DNA of 64,000 nt from Dehalococcoidia bacterium (GTDB taxonomy: Bacteria > Chloroflexota > Dehalococcoidia > Lucifugimonadales > UBA3495). A model generated the notes under the pieces. The model did not search any database, had not been told where the DNA came from, and saw only the letters and a list, made by a program, of their open reading frames with translations. The stretch is from contig DAOUIZ010000034.1 in assembly GCA_034423195.1 (NCBI GenBank), forward strand, positions 2,023 to 66,022. The letters are read 5' to 3'. This document shows, one piece after another, positions 54,934 through 63,101 of the stretch; positions within the stretch are counted from its first letter, which is position 1; each line of letters opens with the position of its first letter. Both the position numbers and the translations under genes were made by a program.

Positions 54934-56367
54934 TCAGTCCTCCAGCACCCAGAAATCCTTGCCGCCGCCCCCTTGGCTGGAGTTGACGACCAGGCTGCCC
55001 CGTCGGAGCGCCACCCGGCAGAAGGCCCCCGGGACGATGCGGGTGCGCTGTCCCTGGAGAACGAAGGGGCGCAGGTCGACGTGGCGGGGCTCAAAGCGGC
55101 CCTCGATGAGACAAGGGGCCCGGGAGAGGGCCAGAACGGGCTGGGAGATGAAGTCGGCCGGGTCGGAGCGGATCTCCCTCGCGTAGTCTTCGCGCTCCCC
55201 GGCGGTTGAATGGGGGCCGATAAGCATCCCGTAACCCCCGGAGCCTCCGACGCGCTTGACGACCAGGTCCTGGAGATTGTCCAGGGTGTACTCAAGGCCC
55301 TCGGGCCGGCGGCAGAGGTGGGTCTCCACGTTGGAGAGGAGGGGTTCCTCGTTCAGGTAGTAGCGCACCATGTCGGGGACGAAGGCATAGACGCTTTTAT
55401 CATCGGCCACCCCGGTCCCGGGGGCGTTGGCCAGGGTGACGTTGCCGAGCTGGCAACAGCGGAGGAGCCCGGGGACGCCCAGCAGGGAGTCGGGCCGGAA
55501 GACCGTGGGGTCCAGGAAATCGTCGTCCACCCGGCGGTATATCAGGTCGACGCGCTTGAGTCCGTCGGTGGTGCGCATGAAGACGAAATCATCCCGGACC
55601 TGGAGGTCCTGTCCCTCCACCAATTCCGCTCCAAGTTCGTGGGCCAGGAAGACGTGCTCGTAGAAGGCGGAGTTGTAAACGCCGGGAGTGAGCAATGCGA
55701 TGGAGGGGTTGGACATTTCCCGGGGGGCCAGTTCCAAGAGGGTGTCGCGGAGTTCCTGTCCATAGTGCTCGACCTCCCGAACTCTCATGCTCCTGTACAG
55801 GCGGCGGAGACTGGCCTTGGCCGCCTTGCGGTTGGCCAGCATGTAGGACACGCCAGAGGGAACCCGGAGATTGTCCTCCAGGACGTGGAACCCGTCGTTG
55901 GTGCGTACGAGGTCGGTGCCGCAGATGGCTACCCACGTGCCGCATGGGGCCGAGAACCCCCGCATTTCCTCACGGAATTGAGGGCAGCCGTAGATGATGT
56001 CCGCCGGAATCACACCGTCGGCGAGGATGCGGGCGTCGTTGTAAATGTCCTGGAGGAAGAGGTTGAGGGCCTTCAGGCGTTGGGTGAGGCCCAGTTCCAG
56101 TTGCTTCCAATCGGATGCTGCCAGGAGCCTGGGAAGGCAGTCTATGGGGATGATCCTCTCTTCGGCTTCTTCATCGCCGTAGACCGTGAAGGTGATGCCT
56201 TCGTTGGAGAACGAGCGGTTGACCCGCTCGTGGATGCTGGTTAGCTCGGGGCCGGAGAGTTCAGAGAGGGTATCGTAGAGCTGCTGGCAATGTTCCCTGG
56301 GCGCGCCGTCCGGAAGGAACATTTCATCGTAGATTGCGGGGTCCAGCCCGTAGCCAACAAAATCCAC
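54934..56367 (-). CDS. Circularly permuted type 2 ATP-grasp protein (DUF404/DUF407 family)
   Basis: 477 aa. NAPGTGVADDKSVYAFVPDMVRYYLNEEPLLSNVETHLC and C-terminal GGGGKDFWVL match my recollection of this family. Paired with an alpha-E gene in the same operon. Confidence 0.8.
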   Translation of the reverse strand: MDFVGYGLDPAIYDEMFLPDGAPREHCQQLYDTLSELSGPELTSIHERVNRSFSNEGITFTVYGDEEAEERIIPIDCLPRLLAASDWKQLELGLTQRLKALNLFLQDIYNDARILADGVIPADIIYGCPQFREEMRGFSAPCGTWVAICGTDLVRTNDGFHVLEDNLRVPSGVSYMLANRKAAKASLRRLYRSMRVREVEHYGQELRDTLLELAPREMSNPSIALLTPGVYNSAFYEHVFLAHELGAELVEGQDLQVRDDFVFMRTTDGLKRVDLIYRRVDDDFLDPTVFRPDSLLGVPGLLRCCQLGNVTLANAPGTGVADDKSVYAFVPDMVRYYLNEEPLLSNVETHLCRRPEGLEYTLDNLQDLVVKRVGGSGGYGMLIGPHSTAGEREDYAREIRSDPADFISQPVLALSRAPCLIEGRFEPRHVDLRPFVLQGQRTRIVPGAFCRVALRRGSLVVNSSQGGGGKDFWVLED

Positions 56368-56611
56368 GGCAACAGTCCGTCAGTTTTCTCCGGTGTGACT
56401 ACCGGGGCGGGGTAACATGCTCTTTTCAGGAGGGTTTCCGAGGCTTGGTCCTCGCCCGGGATTCAGGTGCTCGTTCACCCCGGTTTCCTTCACTTGCCAG
56501 CGAGTTGCCAAGGACAGCATGGAGCGGGGCCGGAATCCGGGTCTGGTATCCCTGGCAACAGCTCCCGGGCCGGCGGCGCGGGAGGGCCGCCGGTTGCGCG
56601 ACAGGTCTGGA

Positions 56612-56950
56612 TCAACCGGAGAAGCTGGCAATGGCATCGGGCTGGGAACCCCAGACCGGGATGATCTTGTCGAACCCGCTGATTTCAAACACCTCGCGGA
56701 TGGGGTCGGAAAGGGAACAAACGGCGAGTTCGGTACTTTGACGCTGAAGGGCCTTGGTGGTCATGAGAATGACCCGGAGCCCGGCGCTGCTGATGTAAGA
56801 AAGATCCGCCAGGTCCAGTACCACGCCCCTGTCGTCGGTGCTGATAGCCTCGCTGAGGTCTCCCTGGAACTCCTGAGCGTTGGAGCCGTCGAGACGCCCC
56901 TGGGGCTTGGCGATCAGTATCCCATTTTCCCGAACGATTCCTAGTTCCAT
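56612..56950 (-). CDS. STAS-domain protein (anti-sigma-factor antagonist-like), copy 2
   Basis: LSYISSAGLRVILM loop identical in core to copy 1. Start moved to ATG 56950, preceded by AAGGAG. Confidence 0.8.
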   Translation of the reverse strand: MELGIVRENGILIAKPQGRLDGSNAQEFQGDLSEAISTDDRGVVLDLADLSYISSAGLRVILMTTKALQRQSTELAVCSLSDPIREVFEISGFDKIIPVWGSQPDAIASFSG

Positions 56951-57032
56951 TACCAATCTCCTTAGGAGCGTCTTTAGCGCAAGTTGAAGGGAAGCGGGGA
57001 GCCCCGGCAAAGGTGAAGGCGGATAGCGGAAC

Positions 57033-57092
57033 GGGCCTCCCGATAACTCTACTATGGGGTTTGACTTGGTTTTAGTGGGGCCTCCCGATAAC
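57033..57092. repeat. Perfect 15-nt direct repeat GGGCCTCCCGATAAC x 2 (57033-57047, 57078-57092) upstream of STAS copy 2
   Basis: Read directly. 45-nt period, 83-142 nt upstream of the STAS2 start. Confidence 0.9.
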
Positions 57093-57688
57093 GTAACGGC
57101 CACACCTAGAGTTAGATTATACCCTACAATCCATGGTTGAGAGCAATATATAAGATAGACAGTTACAGCCAGGCATTCTCCCTACCGAATGCAGGGGACA
57201 TAGTCTTTCCGGTGGTCCACATCTCGTTGAAGCCTGAATGAGGGTTCCTGGGCTAGACGCGTCCATGTTGAGACTGATGAACGGGGAAAGGTGAGACTGG
57301 ACTGGGAAGACGCAGAGCCATGCTACACGGACGCAATCTACAAGTCAACGACTTGCCTGAGAGAAGCGCGTAATTCATATCCTAAGGTGGAGCTCGTTAT
57401 TTGGAGAGAATTACCGGGACTTCTTCGTGGGATGATCCTCTTGATCCGTAAATCTAGATCATCCTATAGAACTCGCATTCAGGCTACCCAAGGATTCGGG
57501 TGCAGGTCACCTCACCTGAGGCAGCGAACGCGAACGGGACTTGCAGGAACTACTCTGGGGCTTTCGATTTTCGGGGAATCGCCGCATAATTCCCGTGCAG
57601 GGGGCTCTACCCCTCACTGCATCCGGGCGCTGCGTTTGCATGAGTGAAAAGTATGCCCGTCAACTTTGGGGGAGTTTCGGACTTAGCC

Positions 57689-59524
57689 ATGCTCAGGCTC
57701 CTCAGCGTCACCAACTTCGCCACAATAGAGCAGCTCGAGGTTGAGTTGGGACCCGGGTTCAGCGTGCTGACCGGTGAGACGGGGGCTGGCAAGTCGATCA
57801 TCGTGGATGCGCTGAGCCTTCTGCTCGGAGGACGGGCCGATCTCGACACGGTACGTTCCGGTGCACGCCAGTCCAGGGTAGAAGGCATCTTCCTGCTTAG
57901 CCTGGACATCTCTCGGAAGATCAAAGCTGCCCTGAATGACTATGGAATTGACGTTGACGAACAGGAGTTAATTCTCGCCCGGGAAATTAACCTGGACGGC
58001 CGCAACACCTGCCGGGTGAACGGTCGAATCGTACCTCTCAGGGTATTGAGCACGCTGGCCCAACACCTGGCGGACATCCATGGACAAAACCAGCATCTGT
58101 CCCTTCTCCGCGCACGGGAGCACATGGACATCCTGGACAGGTATGCCGGGTTGTTGCGACTCCGCTCCGAGGTGGCAGAGGCGGTCCACCAGCTAACGCG
58201 AGTGCGCCAGGAACTGGACCGCCTGCAGAAGGATGGCGCAGAGCGTGCTCGACAAGTGGATTTTCTGAGATATCAAGTGGATGAGATCAGCTCCGCAAAT
58301 CTGCGTCCCGGTGAAGATGACGACCTGGCGCTGGAGAGAGACCGGGTGGCCAACGCAGAGCGAATCATCACACTGTCAGACCACGCCTACGGAGCGTTAT
58401 ATGATAGCTTTGACCGCCACGATTCGGTGATAGACCTGATAGGGCAGGTGTCTGCAGACCTTTCCCAATTGGGGAGACTGGACCCCACATTGAGCCAGAA
58501 CCTTGAGTCCGTAGATGCCATCATGTCCCAGGTGGAAGAATTGGCGCGCGCACTGCGCAGCTATCGTGACGGCATCGAATACAGCCCGGAACGTCTTCAG
58601 GAGATTGAGGGCCGGTTGGACTTGATCAACAGTCTAAAAAGGAAGTACGGCGGTTCCATCGGAGAAATCCTGGCCTTCGGCGAGACGGCCTCCCAGGATC
58701 TGCAAAATCTGGATCACACCGAAGAGCGTGTGGAGGGATTGGAGTCACGGGAGACGGACCTCGAAAGGGAGGTCGGCATCCTTGCGGGGCAACTCTCCGA
58801 AGCCCGCCAACAGGCCGCCACGCGTTTGGCTGAAGCGATAGAAGAGGAGGTCGCCGGGCTGGCTTTGGGACACGCCCAGGTGTTAGTGGACATTCGTCAA
58901 GCAGAGTCGAAGGATGGTGTGCCGGTTGGGACCGTGGGTACGGTACCGGATTCAACACCCGGTTCGGGTGGGCAATCTGAAAGGTGGCTCGCGTTCAACG
59001 GGACGGGCATAGACTTAGTGGAATTCTTGATCTCGCTGAACCCGGGCGAACCGCCACGGCCGCTTTCCAGGATCGCTTCTGGAGGAGAAACGTCCAGGCT
59101 GATGCTTGCCATTAAGACCATCCTGTCGACGGCCGACGAGATACCGATGCTCGTGTTCGACGAAATCGATGCGGGGATAGGTGGTCGAGTCGGGAGTGTC
59201 CTGGGTCAGAAACTGTGGGGCCTGTCCGAGACCCATCAGGTGCTATGCGTAACTCACCTCCCCCAAATAGCCTCCTACGCAGACCACCACAGCAAGGTTG
59301 CGAAACTTGCCTCAGATGGAAGGACCGTGACATCGGTGGAGGACCTCAATGGTGAGACCAGGGTGAGGGAACTGAGCCAGATGCTGGGCTCAGATAGCGG
59401 CGCAACCCGCACCAACGCCTTGGAGATGCTAAAACAGGCGGAAAGCTGGAAGGAGAGCAAGAGGGCCTCCCCCGTCCAGGAAACTCTTCGGTGGTCTCAG
59501 GAGACCGTACAGGATCCGGGTTAG
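57689..59524 (+). CDS. recN: DNA repair protein RecN
   Basis: MLRLLSVTNFATIEQLEV..LTGETGAGKS Walker A, long coiled coil, SGGETSRLMLAIK signature, MLVFDEIDAGIGG Walker B. Start moved to ATG 57689. Confidence 0.9.
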   Translation: MLRLLSVTNFATIEQLEVELGPGFSVLTGETGAGKSIIVDALSLLLGGRADLDTVRSGARQSRVEGIFLLSLDISRKIKAALNDYGIDVDEQELILAREINLDGRNTCRVNGRIVPLRVLSTLAQHLADIHGQNQHLSLLRAREHMDILDRYAGLLRLRSEVAEAVHQLTRVRQELDRLQKDGAERARQVDFLRYQVDEISSANLRPGEDDDLALERDRVANAERIITLSDHAYGALYDSFDRHDSVIDLIGQVSADLSQLGRLDPTLSQNLESVDAIMSQVEELARALRSYRDGIEYSPERLQEIEGRLDLINSLKRKYGGSIGEILAFGETASQDLQNLDHTEERVEGLESRETDLEREVGILAGQLSEARQQAATRLAEAIEEEVAGLALGHAQVLVDIRQAESKDGVPVGTVGTVPDSTPGSGGQSERWLAFNGTGIDLVEFLISLNPGEPPRPLSRIASGGETSRLMLAIKTILSTADEIPMLVFDEIDAGIGGRVGSVLGQKLWGLSETHQVLCVTHLPQIASYADHHSKVAKLASDGRTVTSVEDLNGETRVRELSQMLGSDSGATRTNALEMLKQAESWKESKRASPVQETLRWSQETVQDPG

Positions 59525-59883
59525 ATCTCGAATCTCTCGCACGCTTACAGGGTGGACTGTTTCATTCAGTTTCCGGCACCCAATCAGCATCGCAGAAAGT
59601 TGGGGGCCCGTGAAATCCTTGAGGGGACTGCTGGAGGGGAGAATTTCAGCCGTTCGAACCTCGGATATGTCAGTACACAAAGAACGGCAAAAAGGGAGTT
59701 GGTTAAACGAGACCTCGGCAAGTCCAAAACCGGCCGGGTTCTCACTGCTCGAACGGTGGAACCGGCGGGAGAGTGAAGGACAGGGGCCGGGATCCCTAGA
59801 AGCAACCCCGGTGTAGTGGTTTATACCAGCCGATACCAGCCCCATTAACCGGCCATTGAAGCACAATATCGTTGATATTGAAG

Positions 59884-59972
59884 CGGAGGGAGTGGGATTC
59901 GAACCCACGATCCCGGTTTCCCAGGATAAGCGCTTAGCAGGCGCCCGCACTAGACCACTATGCGATCCCTCC
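59884..59972 (-). tRNA. tRNA-Ser (GCU), long variable arm, CCA not encoded
   Basis: Acceptor GGAGGGA/TCCCTCC, anticodon loop CTGCTAA, T-arm GTGGG-TTCGAAT-CCCAC, discriminator G. Confidence 0.9.
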
Positions 59973-60258
59973 AAGGCTCGGGAGCCCAATATATCAGAAC
60001 CGCCTCAACCCGACAATAAACCAAAGCCCTAATCCACCGAAAAGATGTCTGTGGAGGCGGGCTGGGACGACAACAGTGCTTCCGGCTTCGGGGATGACGG
60101 TCTTTGAAACAGAATGCCGACTCGGAACGAGGGGCGCCCAAGAGATGCTACCGCACGAGAAGCCTGACCGTATCCATGGCGCCTTCAACGGCCGCAGGTC
60201 ATTAATCAGATACGGGAAAACGTGCTCACCGAGGCCAACATCTGCGGATTGGTGAAGC

Positions 60259-60334
60259 TGGTGGAGATAGGGGGGCTCGAACCCCCAACCTCGGCATTGC
60301 GAACGCCGCGCTCTCCCAGTTGAGCTATATCCCC
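60259..60334 (-). tRNA. tRNA-Ala (CGC), CCA encoded
   Basis: Acceptor GGGGATA/TATCTCC with the G3:U70 identity pair, anticodon loop TTCGCAA, T-arm GGGGG-TTCGAGC-CCCCC. Confidence 0.9.
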
Positions 60335-60515
60335 ACTTGCGGTGCGGAACCGGAGGTTTCCGGTTTTAGGGGCCGGACCCGCCGGCCGACTGGTCATCCA
60401 TCCCAGAGGGCTGCCGCTAATACCCTGGATGGGCGTGACTTGTCCAAAAGGGCTGCGCGGCAGAAGGATGGTACAGGAATGGTAAGTCCCGCCGACGAAT
60501 GGTGTCAAGGCGTGG

Positions 60516-61205
60516 TCAAGAGGACGGGCGGGGCGGCAGGACTCCGGTCAGCCAGGGAACGAGGTCGTTGATGACGGCCGGGGGGATTTCGTGTCCCATG
60601 GGGTATTCGTGGTAGCTAAGGGCGTAGCCTTCCTCTTCGAGGAAATCGCGGGCGGCCTGGGCAGTGTCCATGGAGATCATGGGGTCGTGGTCGCCGTGGG
60701 CGATGAAGATGGGCTGTTCCCGGTTGTCGGGGAGCCTGGCCTTGAGGATATCCCGGTCGGGGAGGGTGGCGCTGAGGGCAGCGAGGCCGGCGAAGACGTG
60801 GGGACGGTCCAAGCCGCAGCGGTAGGTCATTCCGCCGCCCTGGGAGAAACCCATTAGTACGGCATTTCCCGGGGCTGTGCCGAACTGGGCGAAGATGTCG
60901 TCGAAGTAGGCGGCAACCTGTTCCTCGGCTTTCTGGAAGTCCTCGGGCTGGGCCTGCCCCCGGGGAGGGTGCCAGCCGTATCCAACCATGCCGAGGCCGA
61001 CGTTGAAGGGAATGGGCGCGTTGGGGAGGCTGTAAACATAACCTTCCCGGTGGATGGAGGGGGCCAGTCCGGCGAGGTCGCGCATGTTGGCGCCGAAACC
61101 GTGGAGCAGAATGACCAGCGGGTAGGCGGCGTCTTCCCGATAGTCGTCGGGATAGATATTCAGGTAGGCCAGGGACTGGCCCTGGTGCTGTTCAGCTTTC
61201 ATCAA
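60516..61205 (-). CDS. Phospholipase/carboxylesterase family alpha/beta hydrolase
   Basis: LVILLHGFGAN, nucleophile elbow GFSQGG, late HG..D and H motifs (IAHGDHDPM, MGHEI). Confidence 0.8.
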   Translation of the reverse strand: MMKAEQHQGQSLAYLNIYPDDYREDAAYPLVILLHGFGANMRDLAGLAPSIHREGYVYSLPNAPIPFNVGLGMVGYGWHPPRGQAQPEDFQKAEEQVAAYFDDIFAQFGTAPGNAVLMGFSQGGGMTYRCGLDRPHVFAGLAALSATLPDRDILKARLPDNREQPIFIAHGDHDPMISMDTAQAARDFLEEEGYALSYHEYPMGHEIPPAVINDLVPWLTGVLPPRPSS

Positions 61206-61539
61206 AGCCCCTTTTGGCGGGAATGCAGAGTCATCCTAACACGAGAGGGCCAGAAACGCCGGTGGTCCTGATGGGAAGAAAAAATCTGCCCTATTCTGCC
61301 TCATTTTGTCCCATTCCCAGAGGTGTGGAGAGGGCTGGACTCCCGAATTGGGGCTCATTCCGTTCCGTTTTGCGCTATGGAGCCGGGATGGGCACCGAAG
61401 GGGAAGGCAACGCCGGGCCGGAAGGTCGTGCGGACAGAATCCATGGGTCCATAGTAGTGAGGCGGCTGCGGGGTTGGCAAGGGGGAACTGTCAGCAATCC
61501 GGGGCGAGGACGGGAGAAACGGCCGAGTTTTTGCACTTT

Positions 61540-61586
61540 CATGTTGGTGCTTCCGACCTGCATGATAGTGCTGTTTCACCAACATG
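61540..61586. repeat. Perfect 10-bp inverted repeat CATGTTGGTG ... CACCAACATG (27-nt spacer) in a 514-nt divergent intergenic region
   Basis: Read directly. Confidence 0.9.
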
Positions 61587-61719
61587 CTGGTGCTTTCGGC
61601 GGGTGGGACAGCCCAGGCGTCTGACCCCGGCGCTGTCCGGTCGGGAGCGGTGGGTTACAATGGCGGTACCAGTCCTGGTTGGATGGTTTCCGTCCCGGGT
61701 TGGATAGCGGGGAGGATTT

Positions 61720-62067
61720 ATGGCGAGCATATTGCATCTTATTGACCGGGCGAGCTGGGACGAGTCCCGGAGCAAGGGGGAGCATCGTCCCGAGTCGCTG
61801 GCCAGCGAGGGGTTCATCCACTGTTCGCAGGATGAGGAGCAGATGCTGCGGGTGGCGTACCGGCTCTACCCGGGAAGGGATGACATGATGGTCCTAGACG
61901 TGGACACGGATCGGCTGGAGGCGCCGGTCAAGCGGGAGCCGAGCCGGTCGGGGGAGATTTATCCGCACATCTACGGGCCGCTGAACCTGGCGGCGGTGGA
62001 CAAGGTGTGGCGGCTGGCGTTGGATGCCGACGGAGGGTATTCGCTGGAACCGGAATCAGGCGTCTGA
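61720..62067 (+). CDS. DUF952 domain protein
   Basis: ILHLIDRASWDES..EGFIHCSQDEEQ..YPHIYGPLNLAAV is the typical DUF952 pattern. Confidence 0.75.
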   Translation: MASILHLIDRASWDESRSKGEHRPESLASEGFIHCSQDEEQMLRVAYRLYPGRDDMMVLDVDTDRLEAPVKREPSRSGEIYPHIYGPLNLAAVDKVWRLALDADGGYSLEPESGV

Positions 62068-62073
62068 CGCCTC

Positions 62074-63015
62074 GTGATCGGTGGGACTTATACGGCGGCG
62101 GAGGTCGAGGAAATCCGGCGGGCGATTGCCTCCCTGGAAAGCCGGCCTGCTGCCGAACAAGGGGCGGCGGAGGCTGCCGTTGCCGAGGGGAACTGCCCAC
62201 CGCCGCTGGCCTCGCTGTGGGGGCTGTCCGCGGAGAATCCGCCGTTGTTCGAGCGATTGTGCGGGGATAGCAAGGCCCTGACCTACTCCATTTTTGGGTT
62301 CTTCCCGAGAGTACACGATTGGGTCTACGGGCAGGAAGTCCCTCCGGCGGTGGCGTGGGAAGGGCGGACGCGGGGGTTGGTCGCCCTGTTGGATAACGGA
62401 GATGACGGGGCGGCGGTCAAGCCCAAGCAGAGCCGGCGGGAGGACGAGATTGCGGGGATCGCCGGGGAACTGGGGGTGGGTCCCGCACAACGAGAGAGCC
62501 TGACCGGGTTCCTGTGCGAGGACCTGGTGCGGGGGAGGTACTTCACAGAGCTGTCGGTCGAGGGGGTTGCGGAGGAGTCCTGGCTGGAAATGGGGCAAGG
62601 GCTGGGTCGGATGCTGGCAGCTCTACACGGCCGGGGAGTCTGCTACAACGACGCGACGTTCTCGGACCCGGAGGGGCGGTCGCACCTTCTGGCCGACGAG
62701 GACGGTGGGTTGACGTTGATTGACTTCGGGGTTTCGGTGCTGCTGGACCGGCATCCGCAGCTGGAGGGGGAGGAGGTGTTCAACCTGCTGCGGACCGATC
62801 CCATGTTCCGGGTGTTCCGGGGCATGGCCTCAAGTCCCGAGGATATCCAGAGGTTGGTGTACGATTACGGGCGGAAACTGGCGGGGACCAGCAAGGAAAG
62901 TATCCTCTCGCGGGACCTGCGGTTTGCGGAGCAGGGCATCGGGTTCGTCTCCCAGAGGATGGGGGAGCGTGTTGGCGCGCTGGTGGCTACGGGGTTCCGG
63001 GAGGGCTATGGGTGA
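62074..63015 (+). CDS. Protein-kinase-like fold protein (Kdo/RIO/Bud32-like) with atypical catalytic loop
   Basis: LAALHGRGVCYNDATFSDPEGRSHLLADEDGGLTLIDFGVS resembles the catalytic loop plus DFG region. HxD is replaced by YND. GTG start 6 nt after the DUF952 stop. Confidence 0.45.
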   Translation: MIGGTYTAAEVEEIRRAIASLESRPAAEQGAAEAAVAEGNCPPPLASLWGLSAENPPLFERLCGDSKALTYSIFGFFPRVHDWVYGQEVPPAVAWEGRTRGLVALLDNGDDGAAVKPKQSRREDEIAGIAGELGVGPAQRESLTGFLCEDLVRGRYFTELSVEGVAEESWLEMGQGLGRMLAALHGRGVCYNDATFSDPEGRSHLLADEDGGLTLIDFGVSVLLDRHPQLEGEEVFNLLRTDPMFRVFRGMASSPEDIQRLVYDYGRKLAGTSKESILSRDLRFAEQGIGFVSQRMGERVGALVATGFREGYG

Positions 63016-63101
63016 GAGCGGCGGGGAAGCCGAGGGGAAAAATGACGGGCCGCTTCCTGTGCGGCCCGTTTGCTGTTCGGGGTTATGCCGGTGCGAGGGT
63101 T

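Noticed and set aside
53579-55295. 362-aa plus-strand ORF and 453-aa alternative-frame minus-strand ORF overlapping amt copy 2 and the ATP-grasp gene
   Set aside because: Low-complexity Gly/Asp/Arg/Pro translations. The chosen frames encode an Amt with twin-His motifs and a full-length ATP-grasp protein.
57291-57647. 118-aa ORF in the low-GC spacer upstream of recN
   Set aside because: No ribosome-binding site, no recognisable motif, and a composition unlike neighbouring proteins. The region is kept as an unexplained spacer in the findings rather than called a gene.
57100-57690. Search for tmRNA, RNase P RNA, SRP RNA, 6S RNA and a LexA (Cheo-type CGAAC-N4-GTTCG) box upstream of recN
   Set aside because: I could not find the conserved cores (GAGGAAAGTCC-type P4 strand, tRNA-like 3' end with a TTCGAAT T-loop, GGAAGCAGC SRP motif). 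CGAACGCGAACG at about 57526-57537 is a direct repeat, not a palindromic sequence.
59429-59989. 186-aa minus-strand ORF overlapping the recN 3' end and tRNA-Ser
   Set aside because: It overlaps a tRNA gene and the recN coding region, and no motif is recognised.
60348-60365. Hairpin AACCGGA-GGTT-TCCGGTT followed by TT between the esterase gene and tRNA-Ala
   Set aside because: The T-run follows the stem only on the plus strand, where no upstream gene exists. On the minus strand there is no U-tract, so the evidence is too weak to call a terminator.
61214-61707. 136-aa and 133-aa plus-strand ORFs in the esterase/DUF952 divergent spacer
   Set aside because: They are overlapping alternative frames, Gly/Arg/Pro-rich, with no RBS and no motif. 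I treated the region as non-coding.
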